64,000 nucleotides of DNA, from NCBI GenBank assembly GCA_963693365.1, contig CAVNZM010000009.1:4289146-4353145 (forward strand), read 5' to 3'. Origin of the DNA: Amoebidium appalachense. Lineage: Eukaryota; Protista; Ichthyosporea. The notes beneath the pieces are model-generated. The model was given only the letters and a program-made list of their open reading frames with translations. It had not been told where the DNA came from and ran no database searches. The position numbers and the translations under genes are program-made. Below are positions 1 through 14,657 of this stretch, in pieces; within the stretch, counting starts at the first letter, position 1, and every line of letters starts with the position of its first letter.

Positions 1-843
1 TATGTAGCTGATTTTATCGTCGAGTGTCCCGGGGGGAGGCCCTTTTGGGGGCCCAGTGTCCGAGCATTCCAGAAGAAGAAGGATAAATTAGGCATCGGTT
101 TGGTCCGACACCTGTGGGGTTGGTTCCCACTTGTCGCTTACGGGGTCGTATGCACGACCTTCCGCCAGCGCGAACAGTTCGCAGAAGAGCTCGATTTCCA
201 TCTCGCATCGGCGTTTGCGCTCGAGCAGTTTCTCACCAGAAAACATTGGTTCCTTCGTGTCCGTGTCTATCACGCTCGTAGCATCGTTTTCCAACTTTGC
301 GAGGAACTCTTTTGCCTTGCTGATGCGTACACGACAACGTGTGGCGCACGCATTCTTAGCAGACACTTTACGTTCTTTGTCTGCTTTCTGAATGTTTTCC
401 GGCGCGCATGGGTCGTAGTTTGGGAGGTGGGTGAAGAAGCTTCCACACCCCTTTGTCGCGTCACGGATGAACGCACGGTTATAGTCGCCCCGTACTGCTA
501 CTTCCAGCACATCGTATCCAATGAAGGACAGACAAAGGATGCGAGAGCACCGGAAGCCGAGAGCCTTGAAGATGGACCACATGGCCCTGTGTGGGCGTCT
601 GCCGTGCTTGACTTTGAAATACACCCTCTCGTATTTGGGTGGGATGTTGATGTTACCGTTTGCTTGGGTGTTCCCCTTAGCCGGCGGTTTGGAAGGGGAG
701 TTGCGGCGGTACTCGTTGCCTGCAAGAATGCTGGCATATGTTTCCTTGGCAATTTGGCGGAGCTCGGGTGTTTTACGAGAGTTCGCATATTCTAGGAACT
801 CTGCCGGGAGCTGTGCTTCCGGTCCTGTGTTGTAGGCAGGCAT
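1..843 (-). mobile_element. LINE (non-LTR retrotransposon) copy: ORF1 plus start of ORF2, running off the left edge of the window
   Basis: 1-~215 is the reverse complement of 49489-49703 (ORF1 end and ORF2 start of the near-complete copy). ORF2 ATG is at 95. The C-run in the GLPPG codons has 6 C here against 7 in the intact copy, so it is a frameshift or homopolymer error. The 5' boundary is not defined. Confidence 0.9.
88..843 (-). CDS. LINE ORF1 protein (251 aa, possibly 5'-truncated)
   Basis: Open frame whose stop overlaps the ORF2 start (GATGCCTAA). The segment RVYFKV...FKALGFRCSRILCLSFIGYDVLEVAVRGDY...NYDP resembles, from memory, the ORF1 domain of early-diverging fungal LINEs. Confidence 0.75.
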   Translation of the reverse strand: MPAYNTGPEAQLPAEFLEYANSRKTPELRQIAKETYASILAGNEYRRNSPSKPPAKGNTQANGNINIPPKYERVYFKVKHGRRPHRAMWSIFKALGFRCSRILCLSFIGYDVLEVAVRGDYNRAFIRDATKGCGSFFTHLPNYDPCAPENIQKADKERKVSAKNACATRCRVRISKAKEFLAKLENDATSVIDTDTKEPMFSGEKLLERKRRCEMEIELFCELFALAEGRAYDPVSDKWEPTPQVSDQTDA

Positions 844-1626
844 TCCGAACTCATTCTACATGCAATCGAGATGTATTCTGGATACTTTTGGGGTGGGATC
901 TACTGCGCTAGATCCAGCCTGAATTCCATTGGGTGTCAATCTTAGATTCAATTCAGCCTCATATTGGTCGCGGCTCATGCTTTCATCTAGCCGTGTGATA
1001 AACAGCATTTCACTGCTGGGCTACTAGAACAAAAGACTACAAAAAGAAAGATTACTATGCTATTTCCTCTAGTAAGTAATTCGTAGAAACAAAAGAAAAA
1101 TATAAATATCTAGCTTAATAAAAAAATACTTATGCACTGCATGCTTATCACATTTTTGTTTTATTTCTGGGATATTGGTTGGATAAATGTCACGCCGCGG
1201 TATGTCTTAGATTTATCGTTCTCTTCCTGTCTGTTTATGTGTAGAGAAACACATAAAGCATTGCCTATATACCTGTTTGAAAATTTTAGTAGGGTGTTTT
1301 GTTAATTATATATTTCGTGATGTATTTTGTTTACATTGTGTTTTTCAAGGTCAAGATAATTATTCTCAAAACTTTCAGCAACCATTTTCTAGTGCAAAAT
1401 GACGCTTCCATTGGCTAAAAGTCACTCGGAGGTTTGTATTAGAGTTCTTCAATTAGTCGATCTGGCATGATATTTATATAAAGCAAAAACGGGTGCTTAA
1501 CTTAACCTACGTTTACATCAATCTCATAATTACAGATTATGGGTTTTGGTTTATTTCTAGACAAGAAAGGTTTTCCTGGTTATTGCCCCGCTCTTGAAGG
1601 CCAGTGCTCGTGTGGCATTGCGGCAA

Positions 1627-2620
1627 CATCAGCAATCTTGCAGAAACATCCGGAACCCATAAAAGATATATTAAAGATATCCATATACTCGAACCCATCC
1701 TGAACATAACCCTACATCCAGTTCATGGGTTTAACATATGTAAAGGATATCTAAAATAAAATAGATATAAATCTTGGATATCTACGCCTAATATGTATAT
1801 AGATATCTGTTAAATTCCTGATATCCATTGGATAACTACTGTTAGGGATCCACTAGATATCCACGAAAAACGTGATATCCAGTGGATATCGAACACTAGA
1901 TATGCAAATACACATGCACAACATATATAATGGATATGTGACGAAGGGACCCAGTGACAGGTAACCTGCCCAATATTATATCCAATGTGATATCCACTAT
2001 ATATATGTAACATGCTTAAAATGTGCACAATCGAGATCCAATTGATATGTTGTGGGTACCCTTAATCATATGTAATTGATGCAAAAGAGATGTCATTTGA
2101 TATGCAATAGATATAGGTTGTGTATAGATTTATTACCGAAATGAGGTTCATTAGATATTCGGATAGCTATGTATATAGGCATAGAATACCTATATTGACT
2201 ATATACAGTCAGGTGACCAATAGACCTCATAATAGTTGCCAAGTAGACCTAAGCATAGATATCCAACATGCATCTCAGTATATATGTACTGGATCAGTAA
2301 ATGAACAACGAAAATGGATGTGATAGACGACCAAAAGATATCGGCCCTTGCATGTATTATATATATATATATAGACATATAGGCTAATATCCGAACACCG
2401 TGTCTAGATATGTATTCTATATCCACATTGATATCTAATACTCAACCGTTGCATGTATATCCTAAGGACTAATCTAATATACGAGTTATATCTAATCGGA
2501 TATATCACTTCCGTATCTGGATATGCACTAGATATCCAGTATGATATAATTTAACAGTCCATTAAATATATATCTCGATGACTAGTCTAATATATAAATG
2601 ATGCCCATTTGGATATGCAA
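1627..2620. repeat. Subterminal array of degenerate (G/A)GATATC(C/T) motifs, left end of element 1
   Basis: Dense GGATATC/GATATCC/AGATATCT variants. Homologous in inverted orientation to 45900-47121. Confidence 0.75.
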
Positions 2621-3046
2621 TATCCCCCCTTCCCCCCCCCCCCCCCCCGGCCCCCCCTCTCTTCCCCCCCCCCCCTCCCACTTCCTTCTCCTTCCCCCCC
2701 CCCCCCCCACTTCCTTCTCCTTCTCCTTCCCCTTCCCCCCCCCCCCCCCCCCCCCCCCCACCCTGTTGTTGGGATCCTGGCACTTGCTCAACGACGGCAG
2801 CACAAGTCTTTATGTACACGTCATGCCCCACAGGAGCATGACCAGTTTTATCTAAGTCATGCTCCCCAGGAGCATATGACACACACAAAGACTATAATTT
2901 AACACTTACTTTTGATCATGAACTATTACAGGGTCCAGTGACCCTCTTGCTTACAAACTACACATGTTTTTTTGTTACTACTATAAGACTTATTAATAAA
3001 GAAAAAAAAAAACACAAGGGCACAATCAAAGATAATTGTTAGTTTT

Positions 3047-3077
<31 letters not shown>

Positions 3078-3141
3078 GCAAGTTGACGTGGTGGTCACAA
3101 AATTTTTTTTTTTTGAGGGGGGGGGGGGGGGGGGGGGGGTG

Positions 3142-3721
3142 TTAATCTTCCTTGCTTTTTTTGGTGGCGCGTTCCTCATCCTCCTCCTCATTGCGCACCC
3201 TCTTCTTGCTGCCCTCACCCTCGCTGCCCTCGGCCTCGCTGCCCTCGGCCCCATCGCGCACGCTGACGTCGTCGTCCCTGTCCCCCTCTTCCTCGATGAC
3301 ATCAGCACCCACACCGCCGTCGGCCGTGTTCTTCACTTGCTCACGCTCGCTAGTCTCATCCTCGGGCTCGCTGTTGCTGCCATCTCCGCTGACCTGGCCA
3401 CCGCTGCCGTCAGCCTCAACCGCATCCTCATCACGGCCGCCATCCTTGTCAGGCCCCGGCTGCAAGGGGGAGTCGGGGGGCTGCAGTTCTTGCTCGCCTG
3501 GGCTGTCATCCTTTTTGGCGTTGCCCCCCTTGCCCACCTCTAAGGCCACCTTGGCCTTGGCGCTTGCAGCCCTCTGGGCCAACTTCTTGGCCTGTTGCTG
3601 GTCAGCCTTGAGCGTGACCTTGACCTTCTCCCAGTTCTTGATGTACTGTATATGGGGGGTATGTGCAAGCATGAATGATAAAAGGTTATAGAAATGGGGC
3701 GGAGGGAGGAGGGGGCGGTGT

Positions 3722-3756
<35 letters not shown>

Positions 3757-4554
3757 GGTTTGAATGCGGAACACAGTACGAAGTACGCATACACGATGAG
3801 AAGCATGGTGCAGGACACATGCAAAGGCAAACATTCAAGTATGCAGCATCAGCCATGCGCACAGTATGCGTCATAAGCAGAGCCCATCCTCAGGGAGGGC
3901 CCAAGTCATCAATTGCGTCTGAGTTTCGACCCCTTAGCCCGCGTATATACGACGCTCCAACTCAGACAGCAGCATCAACTGAACGGGTAAATGTTAGTAC
4001 CCAATATGTTTCAAGTCCAACAGCTATGTAAGAAAGATCAACTGAACACCCATCTAACAAGGTGTATACGGGGTGAAGCAGGCGACAGTTCCCTAAGTCT
4101 TAGCAGGATTCTAAACAGTAAATGTTGGGTACAAACTGTTTGCAGACACCTAGGACACAAAAAGTAAACCATACCCCTTGGCAAGTACTGTTCAAAAGTT
4201 TACAAGAAGATAAGTGCCAATAAAGCATAAAACAACCACTAAAATAAAGGATTAACACTGCATGTGTACAGCTTGAACAATAGATATAGGGTTGACGATT
4301 TAGGGGGGGGGGGGGGGGGGGGGGGGGTGCAACTAGCCATTCCACAAAAATAAAAATAAAAGGTTACACAGCACACACACCTGCTTGATGGTGGACAGCC
4401 TGGCGCCCCCGTTGTAGTCACCACCGACATCATAGTTCACGTGGGCCCATTGGATGGGGGTAGGCAGGCACTTGTGGGCGTTGGGGTCCTTCAGCAACGA
4501 CTCCAGGCAGAAAACGACCATGCTAAAAAACTTGGGGTATTTCTCAGCGATGTC
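3142..4554 (-). pseudogene. Last two exons (4381-4554, 3142-3645) of a paralog of the transposon-borne JmjC-linked gene; upstream exons absent
   Basis: AG/GT-bounded phase-0 exons DIAEKYPKFF...LSTIKQ and YIKNWEKVK...KKSKED*, closely similar to 44527-44700 and 45083-45570. Homology with element 3 stops near 4900. Confidence 0.8.
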
Positions 4555-4606
4555 CTGTTGTGTGTGTGATGGCAGCGTTTGTGCCGGTGTGTGTTTGTGT
4601 GTGTTG

Positions 4607-4640
<34 letters not shown>

Positions 4641-4652
4641 AGTAGTATGTGT

Positions 4653-4683
<31 letters not shown>

Positions 4684-4749
4684 GGGGGGAGGGGGAGATT
4701 TAGTGTCAAATAGTGTCTCATGATGAGGCAAGTGCTCGGGAAGAACAGA

Positions 4750-4780
<31 letters not shown>

Positions 4781-5088
4781 TCAAGTGAAGGGAAGAGGAA
4801 ATGAAAAAAAGATAGACAGATAAGAGAGATAAAGGCAGCGACAAGAGGGGGGAGACAGAGAGCGGCGGGGAAAAAAGTCGCCTAATAGCAGTACACAGAA
4901 CTGATCAACGACATATATACACAATGTTTATACATATATATAGCACACACACACACACACTGATGCACACTACCACCCAGACATACAGAACACGATTCAC
5001 CAAAGTAACCAAGTGAGTGGGAAGAGAGATCAGCAAACAGCAAATTAGTTTATGATAGAACTTAAGGCAAGCCTTTGGGAAGCTGTGT

Positions 5089-5133
<45 letters not shown>

Positions 5134-6569
5134 TTTCTTTTTTTTTTTTTTGGAGGGGGGGGGGGGGGGGGGGGGGGTACCAGTGTCGTGGAATTGGTTA
5201 TGTCGGAATGTCGAGGTTGGCAGTCATGTACCAGCACCGAACAATCTTGCGGTCACCATGTGCGCTGCTGCTGCTTGCTAGAAGACTCACCCGAGTGCAC
5301 CATCTCCCACCTGCACGGGGAAAGTGAAGCGTGACCAGTGAGAAGGAGGAAAAGTGAGAGGCAGTTTGAAACAGGAAATAAGGGGAATAAAGCTGAAAAG
5401 TTTGTTGTTTTTTTTTGGCCGGGGGGGGGGGGGGGGACAAAACGCCCATGAGGTTTAACACGAAAACATCAAAAGGACAGAATCTTACATTGTCATACCT
5501 ACAGCAGCACTCTAAACTTTCGATGCAAGCAAGTGGTTACCGACTAACCTCGTATGTGTCAGTGGGGTACGTTGCGTGCAACGTGTAGGAGTGGGCGCTA
5601 ACAGACCTTATCACACAGGTAAAAAGTCAAACGTGCACATGTCATGATAGATGGGTGCCCCACTACACATGCTGGGCAATAAGGACGGCACACATTTGTT
5701 AAAACAATGAAACAAAGGAGGGCACAACCTTCCAACAATGGTTGCCGAGAAGTTTTGTATGCACCAGCCCTTATGAACTAAGAGACTTCATGTCAGGAAG
5801 CAATGTAGCTTCTAAGGGAGTTACAGACGGATGAAGCAAAATGTAGAAACTGCCGAAAACATGGCTTGGCACACAATGATGCAGAATGCGCGCTTTTTGC
5901 CCTGTGTTTACCTGCACAAAACTAAAACTGCTGACAGGCTGACCTACAGAAGAGCTCAACCACTATACCATAAACGATCAGTGCAAGGTTCCTTAGGGCT
6001 CTTTATTGCACGAACGTTTTAACAAAAAGCGGCAGTGCCAAGAACCAACATCAAAAGGTGCCAGCCCAAGCTGGGCATAACCCAGGCAGTAAAAACCTAC
6101 CTCCTTGCTGCTCGGTTTAGAAGCTGTCATTCTAAAAGCAAGCGGCCGTTAGCCTCTGTCAGAGAGGATGGTGCCCTGCAAGTGAAAGAGGAGAGCAAAG
6201 GTGAAAATAACTCTTGAAAGTATCATCCTGTTATGCAGATGTGAGCACAGAGGGCACAAAAAAGCTGCAGTGTGACAGAAAGTAAAACTGCGACAGCATG
6301 CACCAGTTGCGGCAGGAAAGACCAAGAAGAAAGGAGGGCTACAGCAAGGAAGAAAAGCAAGAATAGTTGCACAGAAGCCCAGTCCTTCAGCAAACAGGTA
6401 GACGCAACAGTCGCATAAGCATCTGTACTAACCTGCACAGCCTGTAGCTCTGAAAACATCGTCTAGTTACAAAAAAAGCTTACAAGCCACGGGTGCAACT
6501 GAATGGAGTTACAGCTCAGACTTCTTGAACAGCGGAAGTGCAAGTGAAAACTGACCTCCGAAGGGTGGG

Positions 6570-6735
6570 AAAAAACAGTCATAACGGACAATCATTAATG
6601 ATTGGAGAAGACCAATCAAGAAACAGGAGCATAATCGGATTATCCATAATGTGACTAATGAATACCAATCACACAGCCGAACAAAAATCGGTTCAATCTG
6701 ATTATCATTAATCAATTACAAAACACCAATCACAC
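6570..6735. promoter_or_regulatory. Cluster of CCAATCA boxes (possible promoter remnant)
   Basis: ACCAATCA occurs three times and TGATTGG once within ~160 bp. Confidence 0.35.
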
Positions 6736-7228
6736 AGCAGGACAAGCATGGTGGTTCGAATCCGATGAGTCAAGCCGATACTCCCTCCATGCGTTTTACA
6801 TACATCAAAGTTGTAATATATTTATATTATAGAATATAGATATATAAATATATATAAATATATATATATAGTATATTTATATATATTTATATATATGAAT
6901 ATACATATAATTTAAATACATATATCATGATATCTGTGCACACGGGGGCGGGGGGGGGGGGGGGGGGGGGGGGGGGGTAAGGGGTTGGTGTCAACCGTGG
7001 CACTGGATATCCATTTGAGCATACTCTATACGGGCAATTGTTCCCAAAACCATATGCATTGTAGCTCTAATTGTACATTAGGATGATTGATCTCCTTTGT
7101 ATATCCTGTTGGTTATGTAGTGTATGTACGTTGGACATGTAAGGATATTTATATAGATATCACACGTGATCACCATTGGCCATCATCGAATCTATGTCCA
7201 TTGGATTTTGTGTTCCTGCAGCTGGCAA

Positions 7229-7925
<697 letters not shown>

Positions 7926-8009
7926 AGTGTGGGTGTGACTGTGGGTGTGGGCCGTGTGTCGTCACACACGTCAGGTGGGTGTCACAGTGTTGTGCTTGTG
8001 TTACGATTT

Positions 8010-9200
8010 GTATTTCCCCATCAAGCCCCCCTGCATTTCCACCCGGCGGGTGCGTTTTTCCTTATTATATATGCACTCATGTGGCTAGGTGCATTTTTGT
8101 TGCCATCCACGAACCAATGGCCTGGGAGCATCCCTCTTTTGGGAATAGCAGCATATAGGTACTAGGGAGGTGTGGGCCAAGTTACAGGGCTGCAGCCAAA
8201 ATACCAAAAAAAAAAATCCCTACATTTACACCCGTAAATGTTTTTTTTTCCACATGTGCAACTTCAACTACTCAGGGCACCACCAAATAATGAATATAAC
8301 GTGTTCCACGAGCAAGTAGCAGTTGAAACTTGGTACAAAGTAGGAAATGGGTGCTAGGAACGTGTGCACCGAGTTTTAGCCGTACACCACAAAACCCCAT
8401 CAAGTCCCCCCACTTTCCCACCCGGCGGGTACGTTATTCCTACTATGTGCCTTCATATGGCTAGGTGCACTTTTGTTGCCACCCACGAACCAATGGCCTG
8501 GGAGCATCCATCTTTTGGGAATTGCAGCATATAGGTACTAGGGAGGTGTGGGCCAAGTTACAGGGCTGCAGCCAAAATACCAACCCCCCCCCCCCCCCCC
8601 CCCCCCGACGTTTACACCCGCGAATGTTATTTTTCCTACATGTGCAACATCAACTACTCAGGGCACCACCAAATAATGAATAACACGTGTTCCACGTGCA
8701 AGTAGCAGTTGACACTTGGTACAAAGTAGGAAATGGGTGCTAGGAACGTGTGCACCGAATTTTAGCCGTACACCACAAAACCCCATCAAGCCCCCCCACT
8801 TTCCCCACCCGGCGGGTACGCTTTTCCTATATGTGCCTTCATATGGCTAGGTGCACTTTTGTTGCCACCCACGAACCAATGGCCTGGGAGAATCCATCTT
8901 TTGGGAATTGCAGCATATAGGTACTAGGGAGGTGTGGGCCAAGTTACAGGGCTGCAGCCAAAATACCAAAAACCCCCCCCCGACGTTTACACCCGCGAAT
9001 GTTATTTTTCCTACATGTGCAACATCAACTACTCAAAGCACCACCAAATAATGAATAACACGTGTTCAATGTGCAAGTAGCAGTTGACACTTGGTACAAA
9101 GTAGCATATGGGTGCTAGGAACGTGTGCACCAATTTTTAGCCGTGCACCACAAAACCCCACCAAGCCCCCCCACTTTCCCCACCCGGCGGGTGGGGAAAG
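8010..9200. repeat. Tandem repeat, unit ~380 bp, 3 copies plus a partial fourth
   Basis: CCCCATCAAG...CACCCGGCGGGT recurs near 8017, 8395, 8781 and 9156, with shared internal blocks (ACGAACCAATGGCCTGGGAG, GGCCAAGTTACAGGGCTGCAGCC). Confidence 0.9.
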
Positions 9201-9239
9201 TGGGGGGAAGTTGGTGGGGTTTTGTGGTCCCCCCCCCCC

Positions 9240-11038
<1,799 letters not shown>

Positions 11039-11199
11039 TCACTAAACTATATTTTTCCTTTTTTTTTTCTTCCTCTTTTTATCTATTTCTTCCCCTTGAT
11101 TTGTGGAACCGAGTATAACGTGGTTGTGTAACTTTGTGCCGTGGATAAGTATTACTTATGTGATAGATATAAGACCAGACATAATTTATTTATCAATGG

Positions 11200-12796
11200 T
11201 GGTCATTAGCCATCATATGGTCATGCGATGGATCGGTAAAGATGTATAATGTTTTCCGGAAATGCCTTATTACATATCAAATACACCCTAATAGATATGC
11301 TGCAGATATACAGTACCAAAATTATGCAATTAATCCAGTGGATATACCCTAGCCATGTAGCTACAGATGTATCTGGCTATCTGTATGGGTATAAACCCAG
11401 ATAGCTGTTATAGTGATATTTTGAGTATATTAGATACGGGTGTAAATGGATATCCCAAAACATGTATGTTTGTTAAGTGGTAGGCATTAGGTTGGGCATC
11501 TACTTTGATATGTTTGTTTTTCATGCATTAGGTATCAACATAGGTGCCGAGTGCATATGTAGGTGTATATGTATCCGCATATCATGTTGGATATTAAGCT
11601 TAGATGTTGTGAATGGTGAGGCATTGTATATGAATATCGACATATATTGGATGGGTAAGCAGGGGTGCATATGGATAGCCGTTGGAGATCGGTATGGGGG
11701 TCTATTGTGATATGTATTTTCGTCATGCATTGGATATTAGTATTAGGGTCTAGTGGATGGGCAAATGCAGGTGTATCAAGATATCTGTATGGATGTTGAG
11801 CCTAGATAACCAGTATAGCTATCCATTGTGTCTTAGTATGATTGTCTATTGGACATCAGCGTGCGGGTGTATATGGATAACCGTCAGAGCCATATTTGGT
11901 GATCTAATTGGATATGTGGAATCGTCATGCTTTGGTTATTATAGGAGGGTCTAGTGGACAAGCAAATGCGTATGTATCTGGATATCGGAATGGATATCCA
12001 TGGAACGTATCCAATATGGGCATGCATTGTTCATTAGCGTTGGGGTCAAGTGCACATGTATTAGGGATCCATCTGGATATTATAATGGATATATAATATG
12101 GACATCCACTATAGACCGCCATTGGATATACTTGTTAGATGTATTGCATGTCTTGCTACAGGGATATCTTGATATCTGTATGGGGATTTTGATCGGATAT
12201 CCTTGTCAGTCATGTATTGGATATGTTGTTACTGATCCAGTCTAATATACAGCTAAGCATCCAAATGGATATCCAGAATGTTACATATCCATATAGCTAT
12301 CCAACGGAGGAATGCAGTTGAAATTCCATCATTGGATATCCAGCGTCGATATCCATTGTGGGCATCTGTCTAATATCCAATACATGCCGAACCAACCAGG
12401 TGGCGTTTGATGTCAGCATTCATATGCATCTAATGTGTATTATTAAATGGCCATTATAGGTGCACTTATGTATCCATATATGCATTGATTGCATATCCAG
12501 ATATGTGATATCACAACGATGCCCAATGGAGGTACAGCATGGATATCCATATGTGATATCTATTGGGGGTGCAATATCTTGATCACTATCTAAGCATGCA
12601 ACTACATATATATTGGACATTGGTTGGAGGTCAGGAGGAAATACACATGTTGTATATATCCAGTGGATGGTATTGATATGTTCGACTGAAACCATCCTAC
12701 ATATCGTGTGGATATCCAAACGCTATCCATTAATATACAGTTGCATATCCTAGATGGGTTTGATATGTTTTGGATGTTCGCGCAAGATTGCTGATG
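11200..12796. repeat. Subterminal GATATC-motif array, right end of element 1
   Basis: Dense TGGATATCC / GATATCT variants leading to the TIR. Confidence 0.75.
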
Positions 12797-13024
12797 AATG
12801 CCAGTGGCGTCGGAAATATGATGTCAACTGACGTGATCGCCTCGAGTCGCGAGCACTGGCAACAGTACCGCCGTATAATGGCTGGAAAATATCCACAAAG
12901 AAAACCGTGAATAATTTTTCCATATTGTATTTTTCCAAGCATTCTAAAGCAAATGTATAGTTTATTCGCTCCTTGACAGATTTTGCATGCATACATCACA
13001 GCACATAGAGCATGCGCAACCCAA

Positions 13025-13140
13025 GTGATTGGATGAGGGTCATGCAGACACATTTCAGCGAAGTCGATTGGTGCAAGTTAGACGTTCAGCGGCGCGATGA
13101 TTGGATTCGCGGACCGACGAGGAATTTGCAGCACGTGGTC
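13025..13140 (+). promoter_or_regulatory. Probable promoter of the JmjC gene
   Basis: Three GATTGG (reverse CCAAT) boxes at 13027, 13066 and 13099, plus CACGTG at 13132. CpG-rich and 100-200 bp upstream of ATG 13241. Confidence 0.5.
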
Positions 13141-13240
13141 GCTTTTACATATGCATTTCAAGCATGTTTAATGCTCTAACATATTCTCGCTGTATATCCA
13201 ACGCGTATCCTGTGCGTCTACGTGGCTCGCACAAGTAAAC

Positions 13241-13537
13241 ATGGGCAACCCCAAACGCAAACAGTCAAAGAGTCCCAAGAAAACGAAAAGCCCCAAGAAA
13301 AAGGCGGGGAAACCCGTTAAGGTAGAGGCGCCCAGGGCCGCCGGTTCGAGGGGGGGGCTGACGCCCTTGGGCGGCGGCGGCAAGAAGTTGCAGGGGGCCA
13401 CCAAGCAGGCTGGTAGCGGAGCCAACACACGCAGCGAGGCAGAGAAGAGAGCTGCTGTTATCCTTGAGACGGTGACCAAGGAAACAGTCCCCGCGGCCTT
13501 GCGCATACTGTCTGGCGCCAAAAAGGGTGGGTTTATT
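13241..13537 (+). CDS. Predicted exon 1 of the JmjC gene: Lys-rich N-terminus with SPKK motifs
   Basis: MGNPKRKQSKSPKKTKSPKKKAGKP.... A phase-0 GT at 13538 and CACAG acceptor at 13633 would join it in frame to the JmjC ORF. The donor choice is uncertain. Confidence 0.55.
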
Positions 13538-13633
13538 GTGTGAGCTTGCACGCATATAAGCCCCCGCATATCCCTCGACCGGTCAGTTTCACTTCTGCGT
13601 CCTTTCTCATTAAGCAAGCATTCTTTCACACAG

Positions 13634-14657
13634 CACTCACCATCACGTACTTTGTTAAAAAGATGTTCACACACAACCATGGGTTTATGTGAAAAAGCTT
13701 TACAGGCCCTCAGCGCCTTGCACGAAGCAGAAGCGAAAGGGTTGGGGGCAGTCTTGTTAACGAACTTTGCGTCGCCCATTCCCTTTGGTGACATCATGAA
13801 GTTTGTTCCTGCGCGCACTATACAGAAAAACGTCACTAGACATACAGTTAGGGCTGTTTCAGAAACATGGGGGCAACTAGTGAAAAAGCCGGTTAAGGAG
13901 GGATACGAAGTGTTGGATGGGGCAGTGGAAGATGTAGTTGGGCTGTCCCGGATGGATGCAACGGAAATCATGTCTTTCTACGAGAAAAACATTGTAGGGG
14001 AAGGTGGTTTTTATGTTGAGCATGCTGAAATAGACATATTATCTCAAATAACAGACGCACGCCTCTACGACCCAACAATCATTGCGGACCACACGGTAAT
14101 TGGACAGGAACACTATGGGAAAAGAATGCCAGGAATCAACGAAGCTTTCTTGTATGCAATGCTTAACGCATCGGATAAAACACCCACGGGAAAAATTCTC
14201 TTGTCGGTTTTTGCGGCCCACATAGAAGACGGAGCGCTGTCATCTTCCAGCATTCTTTTTGATGGTCTCAAAGTGTGGTTCGTACATGCTCCTTGGCAAT
14301 ACCCTCATATCATGGAACTTGTGAAAAACGAGTTCCCTGATTTAGATTGTACCAACCCCATCCAGCACAAGTGCTTTCTCCCCCTATCACCCTTGTATCT
14401 AGTGTCAAAGGGACTTGCCCCAACCATAGTCATTCAGCGCCCGGGCTGCCTAGTCCAAACCACACCATTAGCCCTGCACTATGGTTTCCAGTGCGGGCCG
14501 AACGTTGCGCTTGCGGTGAACACTGCCACACTTGGTTGGTTGGAAAAGCTGTCCTTGTATGATGTTTGCGAATGCCGATCACATTTCCTCCCAGACGTAG
14601 ACAGAGTAGTGAAAGCATTTGCATCAGTTCGACGGCTAAACATCCCCATTGCAATCG
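13634..14657 (+). CDS. KDM4/JMJD2-like JmjC-domain histone lysine demethylase (single ~1 kb exon)
   Basis: Motifs colinear with KDM4A: PGINEAFLY (EGVNTPYLY), FAAHIED (FAWHTED; Fe ligands HxE), GLKVWF (EPKSWY), DCTNPIQHK (SCEAFLRHK), QRPG...ALHYGFQCGPNVALAVNTA..W (QEAG...GYHAGFNHGFNCAESTNFA..W), VCEC (LCSC). Confidence 0.92.

Noticed and set aside
100-795. 231-aa plus-strand ORF and similar antisense ORFs over Copia pol and the pPolB-like gene
   Set aside because: Shadow frames of genuine coding sequence on the opposite strand.
856-1022. Possible terminal exon on the minus strand (PSSEMLFITRLDESMSRDQYEAEL...)
   Set aside because: Short, with no recognisable homology and no upstream exons established.
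5178-6460. Upstream exons or a transposase on the minus strand of element 1
   Set aside because: Splice-like sites exist but the frames tried contain stops, and no DDE or CxC motifs were recognised.
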